Shown: positions 1 through 13,347 of the stretch, in pieces
How the letters are laid out: every line of letters starts with the position of its first letter
Position numbering within the stretch: position 1 is the stretch's first letter
Assembly (NCBI GenBank): GCA_012295275.1
Contig: CM022669.1
Span: forward strand, 15,872,001-15,936,000
Reading direction: 5' to 3'
DNA length: 64,000 nt
Source: Chrysomallon squamiferum
Lineage: Eukaryota; Animalia; Mollusca
Notes under the pieces: generated by a model
Told to the model about the DNA's origin: nothing
The model's database searches: none
What the model saw: the letters and a program-made list of their open reading frames with translations, nothing else
Program-made: the position numbers and the translations under genes

Positions 1-342
1 TATTAGTGATGAAACATGCTTATTGACTTCAACTCTATTTACAAATGATTTCCACTCTTCTTTTTTTAAATCTGTACAGACTGCAGACAAAAAAAAAAAG
101 TAATAATAATGTATCATTGCACCAGGAAATAATATATTACTTTGTACATATGGTGTCCTCGTCACTGTTTTTTTTCAAAGACGTAACGTACGACTTGTGG
201 AATGCTTCTAACGTTATAGCAAAGTGTTTCTTTTTCTACAAAAATATTTGCTTTGGTTAAAAGTCAGACCTGTGATCAATGTAAGTGTATGGGTACATGT
301 ACACGTATGCATATGCGTGTGTGTATGTGTGTGTGTGTGTGA

Positions 343-379
<37 letters not shown>

Positions 380-830
380 TCTATGTGTATGCATTTGTAT
401 ATATGCATGTGTATGAGTATGCGTGTATATATATATGTATGTATTGTGATGGGGGTGTGTGCATCTTTGTGTATGTATGTAGCCATGCATATATGAGTAA
501 ATATATTTTTAAACGTTTCCGGATATATTTATTTATGTATATGTAAATGGATTAATGACAGAATGGACATAGCTGAATATATGTATCCATGTAATGTATA
601 CGTTTATACGTATTTAGTTATATAGGAATGTGCATATCAGTACCAGAAATGGCAACAGAGAATAAATTTAATATATTTACATACAATTAACCCACACCGA
701 CACACGTGTACATCCAGGAACAAGAGTATATAACTTAAAATACTAATTATAGAAAAGGTAATACACAAAATTAAAATGAAATATTAAATGACTAGAGGAA
801 ATAGAGTGATTACAATTTTAATTAATAATC

Positions 831-873
<43 letters not shown>

Positions 874-902
874 GTATGTATGATAATGTGTGTACATGTG
901 TG

Positions 903-935
<33 letters not shown>

Positions 936-3001
936 TAGATACATAGATAGATAGATAAATGGACATATAGATAGGTAGATAGATAGACACAGAGAAAGAT
1001 AGACAGATAGACAGATAAACTGACAGATATAAAGCAAATTTTAGTAAACTATCCGAAAGAGTAAATTCACTCAAAGGTCAGTTACTTGTCCGTTTGCAGC
1101 AATGAATATTTGTATACGCATCTTCCCAAAGACAGGATTCAAAGACTATAAATTCTGATATACCGACTGACGGGCAATGGTTGGAACGGGAAATAACGAA
1201 TCATGTGTGAGGCCAGTTGTCTTATGCAGACCGCTAGAAAATACTACTGAAATATTTCTCTTAAGACTGTGATAGCTATTTCAAACAGTCACTGAGTACA
1301 CATCACTAAGTCTGCTCTACGTATAATTTACTTACATGGGATAAAGCTAATCTCTAAAAATTATTATCATTTATTATTTATTTTTTATTTTTTGCTAAAT
1401 ATATGCTCAGCGACCGTAAGATGTCCTGAATAACATGCCCCAAAAAAAATAAATACAAAAATAAAAATAAATATCTGAATAATAATTTATCACGGATCGC
1501 ATAAATAAAAACATGAAATTAATTTAAAGGCGAAGGCCCGAATAGAAATGCATATACACGGTTCGTTTCTTCTCTGTTGTGGTAAAAAGGAACAAATTCG
1601 ATTTTCACAAAATATTATTATTATTTTTTTCAAAGTCTTTTTCGTGTTTTACGAGCTAATTAAAAAACAGATTTTGTTTTGTTTTGTACATCTTAATCAT
1701 GCTACATCAAGCAATGAACAAGATAAGATTTATATTTTTTTTTTTTTTTTTTTTTTTTTCTCTGTTTACCGGAGTTAATCCTTGTTTACAATAAGGAATT
1801 AAAAAAAAAAAAAAGAAATAATAATGAAAAAGACATCCGCATTAACGCAGTAAGTGGTTTAATGTCAAAGAACGGGATTTGTCGCTGACGACGTCTAATT
1901 GAAATCAATAAAAATGTAGCAACACACAGAGAAAAAAAAAATATCACCTTACCTGAATGAGATGCGGAAATCCATGATTAACCACAAAACAAATCACAGC
2001 ATGCTCTAAGAAATCATCTGCATACGAAATTCTCAATATTAATTTTTCAACACAAAAACCACTTGAGACAAAACTCGACCAGTTGTTATAAAGCAACCGG
2101 TGTGCAAACGATTCATTCCAGGGTTGTGCCAATTCTTTTTTTCTTTCTTTTTCTTTCTCTCTCTCCTTTTTTATTTTTATTTTGACGAGTGTTTGACGCT
2201 TTGGCATTCGAGCCCAAGTACGCTCTTACACTGCTCCTTTGTCAGAAATGGCTTTTTCTTCATGCCAAGCGTAAACTACATTGATATATGTCAATTTGTT
2301 CGAGTGGTGAAGAATCCCAAACAGTCGTTCATCTTCAAAGGCAAACAACAATTGATACAGAGTTACCTCCCCTGCTTGTTGAGGCAGCTGTCGGCACTAC
2401 ATAACTGTCTACGTATTTTCGTATATCTCTTACTTTCGTGCACACTAAAAAACATTGAAAGAAAAAAATAAAATAAAATAAGAAAAGAGTACGCAAGTAA
2501 AAATCCTGATTTATTTCCACAGTGTATCATATCATAATACTAGAATTATCTTCTTTTTCTTTTCTTTTCTGTTTTTTGTTTGTTTTTAATTTCTCTTTAT
2601 AATTTCTTTTTTTCTAACTTGTTACTGATGAAGTGGCGCAATAGAAATATCATGGTTAAAAAAGAAGTGCTGATATGCAACGATAGAACAGTGACGAAAC
2701 TTTTGTGTATGATACGTTTTTGGTCGTATAGGTTTTGCGTAAGATAAGAAAACAAAACAATAAAAATTTAAATTGTCCTAATTAGAGTTCCATTGTTGTT
2801 GCCATTATAATATGTAACGTTATAAGAAATTGTATTTCAGTGAAATTATATTTACACAAATGAACAAATTCAGAAAAATAAATAAATACAATAAAATAAG
2901 AAAGATAAAAAGTGTAAAAGAAGTACATGAAATAATGAAATGAGAATGAAAAGAATTTACGAACACGAGAACGAATGTAAGATGAAAGAATAAAATGATA
3001 C

Positions 3002-3032
<31 letters not shown>

Positions 3033-4431
3033 AAGAAAGAAAGAGAGAGAGAGAGTAGAACTAATAACAATAATAATAATAACAAAATTAATAAATAAAG
3101 ACCAAACAAAAAATAATCAAAATTACAACGTATTATAAAACAACGCTCTACTTCAAATAATCCTCAAGCTAATCCGTATTACGTCTGCAGGATACACTTA
3201 ATTGTGCGAGAAAACGTATAAAACACGAAGTAATCCGAAACGTCAGTCAAAGCGAACTCTTCGCCTTCCGAAAATAAATTTCGGGATTAGAAGCGATCGC
3301 TACAGAACACCGTCAGGTTCCGTGGACTTACCGTTAATTGAACAAACCCGCGACCCGCTCGGAAACGAATATGTCACACTGCTACATGATTTTCCTTTTT
3401 CGCTCGCATCCAGCAAAGTGTCTATCACGCGGCACTCAATAAGCGCTGTGGAGGTTTTTCAATTTCTCGTTTCAAAGCTTAACGCGGCCGACAAGACGCG
3501 AGGACCGCCGATTCGTCGGGTTTTGATAAAGTCGGCGGCGTGTGCGGAACAATACGAACTCCAATAAGTTTGAACAAGTGACAGATGTCAGAGTTTCTAC
3601 TACACCTGACGCAAATTAAACTGCCACAGCAAAGACTTGTCGATAAACAATACAGAAAGAATATTTTTCTTTCGGTCGATTTTTTTTTTTTTGTATTTGT
3701 TATTCTAATTAATTAATTTATTTTTTATGTTTTTTTTTTTTTTTTTTTTTTCTTTAATTTATTTTTATATTTTTTTATTTTTTTTTATTTATTTATTTAT
3801 TTTTTTTTTTTTTTTTTGTATTTGAATATTTAAATACAGTTTTCTTAATGTCCTATATGAGTCATCTCGAAATTACAAAAGCGCACAAGTTGTTGAATGG
3901 CAAAGATTTCGAGAAATGGAAATGAAATGATACGAGTGAATGTTTGACAATATCTCAATTTATTATTTCCATAATTGTTAACGATTATTCACAGCAACTA
4001 TTAATGATATTTTTCTTTTTTCTAAAATGACTAAAGGAAAGGAAACTGGCTTCTGCGACACAAAAAGCTACTCACATTAACCATTAGACAGGGAAACATA
4101 TACCACGATCTTTTTTTTTTTTTTAGGTGGCTGTAGGGGCAGTGATTATAACGGGAAATAAGCTAACAGCTGCATCGCGGAGTATCGATTCCACGATTCA
4201 TCGAATCTCAGGCCAAAGTGAAAACGCTGAGCTGCCATGATACAAGAAACTGTATTTTAACAGCGATACATTTGTTCAAATAATATAGTCCTGGAATGAA
4301 TGAATGAAAGAACGAACGTGTTTGTTAACGGACGAATGAATACATTAATGGACGGGTTAATTGTTTATTTATTTATTTATTTATTTCTTCTTCTTCTTCT
4401 TCTTCTTCTTCTTCTTCTTCTTCTTCTTCTG

Positions 4432-4467
<36 letters not shown>

Positions 4468-5189
4468 AATTATGATTCTTATTCTTATTCTTATTATTTT
4501 CATCATCATCATTATCATCATTATTATTATTATTATTTTTATTATTATTTTTTTATTATTTTTTAAATTATTAGTAAGTGTTTTTTTATTTTTTATTTTT
4601 TACATTTTTTTCTTCTTCTTCTTCTTCTTCTTTCACAACCCCTATTATTTTAAATGTAACATTTATTAGGAGTCATTCACAAGATCGTTTTCTGTTGTTT
4701 TTTTTTTTTTTTTTTTTTTATGATTTGAGAGATGTAACGTGCAGACAAAAGCTGTTTATTCTGATCCCATTCAACGAGGACCGCGGTCAAAGAACTGGAG
4801 CTCAGGTAGAAGAAGATATTTTATTTTTTCATACACAGACACGTTTCCGTGCCAGGAATGATGGATCTGGGCTCAATATCTCTGAAGAGTTTGATTGTTC
4901 AATTTGGGACACATGAATAAGAATGTCCTCGCGTGACTTAAATCATTATATAGAGCGAGAGAAAAAAAAAATAATGCTGAAACGTTTCCCGTTCAGACCC
5001 AGAAGGAAGTTGTTAGAAGGTTTGAAAAAAAAAAAGATAATTCAGAAAATATGCTGATGAATAAACATGTATGCTCTGATTTCATTTCGGCCCACAATGT
5101 GCGTGCTTGTTTGTGAATGTTTGTTCATGCGTTCACGTAAGTATACATCGTGTATCAGTGTATTTATCCATGTGTGTATGCATGTGTAT

Positions 5190-5227
<38 letters not shown>

Positions 5228-7075
5228 TAATGGTAGGCGGTGGGTTTCTTGATGTAAAAGTAGTTTATAAAAAAATAATAATAAAAAAATATATATTTAA
5301 TGTTTAAAGTGCCTTAATCACCACATTTTCCATAGAAATCAAAGGACAAAATGTTTGTTAAATAAATATTTTTTGCGTTTATCGATGTTTATAGAAAAAC
5401 ATGTTTTAAAAAATGTTGTGGTCACCGATCTTAAAGCTCTAATAATAATATCAGTAATATAATCGGCATTTTAATAAGTTTACCATACATTTTTGATGCA
5501 ATTCAGCCTTAGATTATATTTAACGCATAATAAAGAATTCGTTCCGTTATTTATCATACACATGCATTTCTTGAACTTATATTTTTTTCTGTTTATCTCT
5601 TCTTTTTTCTTCTTTTCTTATTTCTTTTTTCTTTTTTCTTTTTCTTTTTCTTTAATTTACTTCATTTATTTCAGTACATATTTGTTTCTTTCAGCTTTCC
5701 TTTAATACTTTTTTCTTTCAGCCATCCTAATTTTCTTTATTCCATTCTGTCTAATTTCCTATCTTGCATTTATTTCATTTCATTTTTTTCTTTCTTTCAT
5801 CCTTTCTTCCGTCTTTTCTTTATCTATTTCTTGGTTTGTTTCTAAAATGTTTAATGAATTAAACCTATATGAATCATGTCGATTCGTGAGAAAAGAAAGA
5901 TAAAAACAAAATAGAGGTATTTCTCAAAGATCACTCGAACGATTTCGACCTTCATTCAGGATAAAAAAGAACATTATTCTCTGACATACACTTATAAATC
6001 TTCACACTTACACACAACAGCTAAACTGGACACTATTCCAGCCTGCACACGATCTCAAGTCACTTCCACTAAAATCGCGTAATAAACACAGCGATAAGCA
6101 CAAGAACAAAACAAACCCCCCCCAAAAAAAATATATATATCTATATTCTTTATCTTTTCCACAACGATTAGTAGTAACGTCCAGAATTCCGGAGTCATGT
6201 TGCTAAATGAAGCCACACTTGATAATGTTTTTCTTTCGTGTTTATTGCATTCATAAAAAGAAAATGACTGCAAAGAGATGATCTATTGTGTTTTCACATC
6301 TGTGTGTAATTAATTTGCTGTAGACTCTGGTGAATGGAACAGAAAGTTTGAAAGCTCAAATAACATCGCTTCTGTCGACTGGAATGACCTAAAACGAATC
6401 GATACACAAAGCTTTGATACTCCGTTTCACTGTTTGGACTGAAGCCGTCCACATGCTATTTGTCAATAACCGGCATTGTGTGTAAACCATTTTAAAATCT
6501 ATTGTACCTTGTATGTGCATAATAGACTGTAGATCCTTTTTTTTAGGACATGTGCAAACACAATTACACATGACAAAAAAAAAAAAAATGATTTTGTTTT
6601 GTTGTGAGAGAGTAAGTTAAACATCCTGGAAAAGATGAAGTGTATATTATATCAAATTTTGGGATGAAATTTTGTTGTTTACTTGACTTCAGTAAATCGA
6701 TACCCGGTGAATGATGGAGAGAGTGAGAGTTTGAGAGAAAGGGACAAACTAAGAGGGAGGAAAGAGGGAAAAAAAGGGGTGAGAATTAAAATAAGAAACT
6801 GATATATAGAAGTAATTATAAAACAATAAAATAAAAAAATATGGAAATGAAACAGACTGAACAGTAAAATGGATTAAAATATAAAGAGAAGAGGTGACAG
6901 ATAGACAGATGGAGAGAGACAGAGAGAGAGAGATAAATGAAGGAATGCACACACACACAAATAACGGTAAAATAATGGTGTAGAAGGCTACAGTGGAAGC
7001 AACGGTATTGACAGAAAGACAGATTAAAGAGAAAAAAGAGCGAACAATATTAAAGAATGAGAGAGACAGAGACAG

Positions 7076-7176
<101 letters not shown>

Positions 7177-7923
7177 CGAACACAAAACAAATTCAAGCAT
7201 AAAAAGCTTTTATGTTTCCATGTCAAACACAGGAACAATTCATCAAAATGTCTCGCCAATATTCCATAACAAATGGATCAATGAATTAAATGAAATGTGT
7301 CGAGAAATTCCACAGTAAAAGACGATTGTATTCGCAGATGAACACAAATTGCACCACAGAGTCGTGAGTGCGCCGTGACTCTGTAGTTGCACCAAAACAG
7401 GATTTGAAATTACTCGAATAATTAACTCTTCAGCTGGAAACCCTTTCCTTCGCACGTATAGGGAAAACTGAAGGCAAAAAATTCCCATTAGTAAGGAAAA
7501 AAAGACGTGGGGGCCAGCCGTGTATGTCTGTGACAATGCACTTAATTAATTATAACCCGCTGTGCATTAGAAGTAATTAAGTTACTATATTGACCAGAAC
7601 TGCTTGTTTGTAACTAATTCTGCCCAGAAGATGTTTCGTCTGAAACTTGATAACGCTCGCTGGTACTTAATTATGAACGTGATGGTGATGATCAGTTATT
7701 CTACAAGTTGCTTAATGACAAAATTTAATTGTGATCTTGTCCACCATACACGGTTTTCTGATGAAGTAATGAGGTGATGGCATTAAAATGAAAGGAACCA
7801 AAATTATACTCATCTTCTTTTTCAACGACGTTGCAACGTTTGGTAACAGTGAAGTGGACCTCTTGCTGGTGATAATGATGGCGATAATGGCATTGTTAAT
7901 GTGGCTGATAGACAGACAGACAG

Positions 7924-8053
<130 letters not shown>

Positions 8054-9098
8054 TACTACTATTAAATTATTCTTTAAAATTATTCCTTGAAAATACTCGT
8101 GAGCGCTCGCATGCACACTGAAACACACACACACACACGCACACACACACACACACGCACACGCACACACACACAAACATACAAACACACAATATTAATA
8201 TTCAACCAGAAAACGTACATCTTTTTATAATTAGTAATAGTAATGGTAGTATTAGCAGTAGAAGTAGAAATATTAGTTGTTCTAGCACAGTAGTACTGGT
8301 AGTAATACTGGTAATAGTGGTATTGGTAGTGGCAGTAGAAGTAGTAGTAGTAGTAGTAGTGGTGGTAGCAGCTATAGTAAAACAAAATAATGTTTGAGCA
8401 TCACCCTCAGCTGCAGTCTAAGCGCTTTGTTACTAATCATGATGTATCTATTATGACTGTCATGTCATTCCTGGATTTTAAGCAACTTGTCCGTTTAACA
8501 ATGGAGCTAGAGACTTTGACATATAAACCAAATATGGCACTGTCTAAACGTTTAATGTCTTTTGAAAATGTACGTATGGAACTGACTGTTTACTGATTTT
8601 ATCAGAAATTGTCTCGGGAAGGATAACTACACAGTGCAGAAAGGGTACGCAACGGATCCGATCGCGATACTGCTTAGATCTCTGGGGAAATGTAACACAG
8701 ATTTTCTTTCTATGGTAATTTTGCAAATATTCCGGTCAGTCACTTCGTATTAGTGGATTGCGTGCCCCGTCGTGCGATTTTCACAGCTGTTTGCTTTGAT
8801 CTTTGATCCAGAGTTGGTAAAAAACGGGACGATTCTTACATCGGTTTCTCCCGTTAAATTTGGAAAATACTTTCAAGATATGACTTTGCTTAACAAGGGG
8901 AAAAACATATTTAGGTGATTATGGTTTAGTTCATTCAGGTATGGGTTATAATGTTCGGAAAATGGGATGTGTGACCATTCTTGAAAAAGAAAAATATTCA
9001 TTTTATTTTTATTTTATAACTTTAGTTTTTTTTATATTCATTTTATTTTTATTTTATTTTATTTATTTATTTATTTATTAATATTTTTGTTTATATTT

Positions 9099-9129
<31 letters not shown>

Positions 9130-9906
9130 TGTTTTAAATTCAGTCTTTTCACTTATTAAAACTTTTCTGGCCCAACGAAAGACTAGTTCAGTGGTTGCAC
9201 CTTTATTTTAAAGGTTACTTTTAAACTAAAAGACATTTTCTGTAAAAAGATTAGCGAAGACAAATTATAATATTATCAGTGCACACGGAGAAGTATTTTA
9301 CTTTTTATTCGATACCACTTTGTGTTTAGAAATGTGTTTCTAACTTTAATAGACGCTGTAATTCATGGTAAAACGGTAATATCCTCAGTCTTTAAGGTAT
9401 ATTTGTTTGTATTAAATCACTGCGTACGAAATCGCATCACAATTAAGGAAAACTGTTATTATCTTATACTGCTGTTTTGTTTCGTGCTTTATTATTATTA
9501 GCAAAAAATAGTTCGTGCTGTGTGACAATAAATAAATAAACTAACTCTAAGATAGTCTTAAGAAAGCTTTAATAAAGCAGCAGCTAGAATTTGGAATGTT
9601 TCTCCGTGTTATTTGTTATGGCTAAATTACTATGAGCCATATTATTGTTTTACTAATCGAGTCTGCTTTCATATTTATTATCATTATCATCATCTTAATT
9701 ACTGTGCTTCTTATCATTATGACGTCAGCTACTAAGTTAGTTATTAGACTCTCACCTTCTTCTAGGAATTACAACCACCCACCCACCCCCACACATACAC
9801 GCACAGACGCACAATAATCTAAATGGATATATGTTTAAGCAAGAGATGTAATTCTGATTAAATGTACTGACCTCTCCCAATACTTAAAATTATTTAAAAA
9901 AAAAAA

Positions 9907-9909
9907 AAA

Positions 9910-10007
<98 letters not shown>
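9907..10007. repeat. (AAAT)n microsatellite, about 25 units
   Basis: Direct reading; source of the FIYL-repeat ORFs. Confidence 0.95.
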
Positions 10008-10008
<1 letters not shown>

Positions 10009-10081
10009 AAAACAAAAAAACAAACAGCTGATAAATAAATAAATAAATAAATAAGACAGACGCATAAGAAAAAAACATATA

Positions 10082-10087
10082 TTTATT
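10082..10087 (-). promoter_or_regulatory. Candidate polyadenylation signal (AATAAA) of the MAM gene
   Basis: AATAAA on the minus strand about 350 nt after the stop. The hexamer is common in such AT-rich DNA, so support is weak. Confidence 0.3.
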
Positions 10088-10241
10088 TCAGTTAAAAGCA
10101 TATAAACCTTTCTCTATAGCTGTAGATTAAGTAACATGAGGTAATGCAAACATTTTCGTCCGTTACACGATTGCTCAGTCTGTTAAAGTGTTTTGCTCTG
10201 GAATGCCAGTAAGAAAAAAAATAATAATAAAAAAAAAAAAA

Positions 10242-10288
<47 letters not shown>

Positions 10289-10436
10289 CAATAATAATAA
10301 AAACTGACTTTAACCGAAATGTAGAATGCACAAGCTTCCGAATAAACAACGTCATAACGATACTTCCATTGAATTTTCTAAAAGTGATCAGTTCTTCCAA
10401 GGGAAGTGAGCCAAGTACAAATTAGCAAGCATCTCT

Positions 10437-10472
10437 TTAGCCAACTACTGGTGGCGAATTGCTTATGGGTAC
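10437..10472 (-). CDS. Two-MAM protein, probable terminal exon 10 (VPISNSPPVVG-stop)
   Basis: Strong acceptor ttttattttattttctag| 820 nt after exon 9. Phase-0 reading gives 11 codons then TAA at 10439-10437. No further MAM-like or TM-like exon was seen downstream. Confidence 0.7.
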   Translation of the reverse strand, partial: VPISNSPPVVG

Positions 10473-10542
10473 CTAGAAAATAAAATAAAATAATATTGAA
10501 CTTGAAGTTTCATCTAATTATCTATCTATCTATTTGTATGTT

Positions 10543-10577
<35 letters not shown>

Positions 10578-11181
10578 ATATATATGAGTGTATCTGTGTG
10601 TGCATAATATATATAGAAAGATAGTAGGTAGGTAGGTGTGTAGGTAAACAGATATATATATATATATATCTGTCTATCTCTATCTATATATCTATCTATC
10701 TATACACACATATATAGATATAGGCATATATTATACACACACATACACACACAGATACACTCACACAAACACCTACACGTATACATAAATCAATTAATAA
10801 GAATGAAAAGGTAAAAATAAAAATAATTATTAATGTTTATTAGAGGTGTGGTAGCAGTTATAGTAATAACTGTAGCAAGCAGACACAACAGATGTACCAG
10901 TTACCACTACTCCCACTATGTGATTCATATCCAAAGTCCTGTTTTTTGAAATTCTTATTCGTTGATTAACATTTTCAATTGTTCAGTTATTTAAAATCCT
11001 CTTTAAACTTACTAAAACGAACAATATTGCTAGGGTAGATAATAAGTTTAAATTTTACAGCCTGCAGAGTATTCTCCCTTAGATTACGTCTGCCTTCTAT
11101 AAATGCACGACGCAGGCTAATATTGTTATGGTTTATCTTTAAAGTTATTCCTTGAAAATACGTGAGTGCGTTTCCACCCAT

Positions 11182-11229
<48 letters not shown>

Positions 11230-11292
11230 ACACCACACGCAAAACACACATATAAACAGGAATATAATATATGTATCTACCAGTTTCATTAC

Positions 11293-11367
11293 CTCAGTTC
11301 TCAGTGTGACGTCATCTACTGCAATATCGCCTCCGATGTGATGTTTCGCCGTTGCTGATAACTCCAA
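11293..11367 (-). CDS. Two-MAM protein, exon 9 (MAM2 C-part: LELSATAKHHIGGDIAVDDVTLRTE)
   Basis: GDIAVDDV motif; acceptor tttgttttccag|, donor GAG|GTAATG; 75 nt, phase 0-0. Confidence 0.93.
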
Positions 11368-11728
11368 CTGGAAAACAAACAAACAAGCAAATAAATAAAT
11401 AAATAAATAAATAAAAGAAACAAATATGCTTAAAATCAACCATACAGTTAAATACAATTACTATTGTAACTGATCGGCGCTATAAAGTAAATTGGTTTCT
11501 GCCCAGCTACAAATTAGCCGAGTTCAGCATGGAAGTGACTGTAAGATAGGTATCATTCAAAACAGGTATCTCAAATTCAGCTTATTTACAATATCAAATA
11601 ATATTAGTTTACTGTGCTTCGCTGAACACACTAGCGTATTTATATGATAAACACTATATCGAAGATGGAATGACAGTTTATCTTATTTTCCAAGTCATTA
11701 AAATTCATATACATACATATATATATAT

Positions 11729-11770
<42 letters not shown>

Positions 11771-12880
11771 TAAAACAAACGAGTCTTGTTACGTCGTTGC
11801 TAGGTCACAGACAATGAAATGACGAAAGATTATTTCTGTTCTTTCTTAAATTAAGATGTTGGATTACGGCCAGAAATACCTCTAAGGTTAATAACAAAAT
11901 ACAGGAAATTTATCGAGGAGCTTAACATGGCTATCAGTCTTGAGGTGGGTGCAATTATAAACCAATAATTGGGTTGTTTTTACACAATTACTATTCCAGG
12001 TGACACTGCAGCACCAGCGAAATAACAGCCTCGCAATAACTGTTTAAATGGTGCAGTGAAGTCACTGACTGCTGCTGTATGATGAGAGAGAACTCTCTTA
12101 ATATATAAATACAATACAATAGAATACAATAGCAATAATAATAACAAGTAGTAGTAGTAGAAGTAGTAATAGTAGTAGTAGTAGTAGTAATAGTAGTAGT
12201 AGTATTGATTTTGCACCCTCTTTGTTTTGTTGTTTTTTAATCTTTCGTTTTCACACTTTTTCGTTATTTTTTCCTTCTTTTTCTCTTTTCATGTTTTTGT
12301 TCTCTCTATTAATTAATTAATCTAAATCAGATAGGAATGGTATGTCATCAATATAATGTATTTACTTTGTTCGGTGTAAGGAAATACATAATCGATAAAA
12401 AGCAAATGATATTTGATACTTGCAACAAAATCATATTTTGCAATAACTGTTAAAATGAAGTGTATCGATCAATGCTTAAAGAATTATTTTTTATTTTTTT
12501 CATTAATTCTTTCTTTCTTTTTTCTTTCACTTATTTTTATTTCTTTCATTCATTTATTGCTTCGTTTTTCAGTTCGTTCATTCATTCGAACACAACTGTA
12601 TTATCACTATTATAATGTTCAAACCTCTGGGTGAATATATATATATATGATTACACATCAGATTTTGAATATTTAGAATTTTTATTTTCGTCACTGATAT
12701 TGTGTTTATTTCCACTGTATTGGTATGTGTCTTACTTCGACTGTTCTATGCTCTCTTTTATCTCGTTAGCAAATAAGATAATTATGTCGAAGCAATTATC
12801 CATAGATGTTTCATTACCATATCTTAAAAATTAAAAAACGAAAAAAAAACAACATTTTAAAACTATTTTTCTATGCACAC

Positions 12881-13143
12881 CTTAAACGAGCCTGGTAGTA
12901 GCCTAACAACTGCATGCTGCCAGCTTGGTCCCTGTCTGCCTTGTTTTGACCAAATAACCCGAGACGCCCCACTCAGAGACAGCCGCAGCAAAGACAACGT
13001 TCCAATGGCTGGTCCGTTCATGTAGTACCAGAAGCTGATCTCCCCCTGAGATGTCAGATGCAAGACGTCGCTGATGAGGTTTCCTTTCCACAACTCGTTT
13101 TGGGAATTTTTTGCGTTCAGGTAGACATAATAACCATCAAGAT
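12881..13143 (-). CDS. Two-MAM protein, exon 8 (MAM2 core: LDGYYVYL...ISFWYYMNGPAIGTLSL...IWSKQGRQGPSWQHA...GSFK)
   Basis: FWYYMNG-x2-IGTL and W-x3-G-x-QG-x2-W MAM motifs; acceptor ccttgtttcgcag|, donor AAG|GTGTGC; 263 nt, phase 1-0. Confidence 0.95.
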
Positions 13144-13222
13144 CTGCGAAACAAGGAAAACATAAGGAGAAAAAAAAAAATGCTCGTAACATGGTAGACT
13201 GCAGACTACTTAATTAATAAGT

Positions 13223-13347
<125 letters not shown>

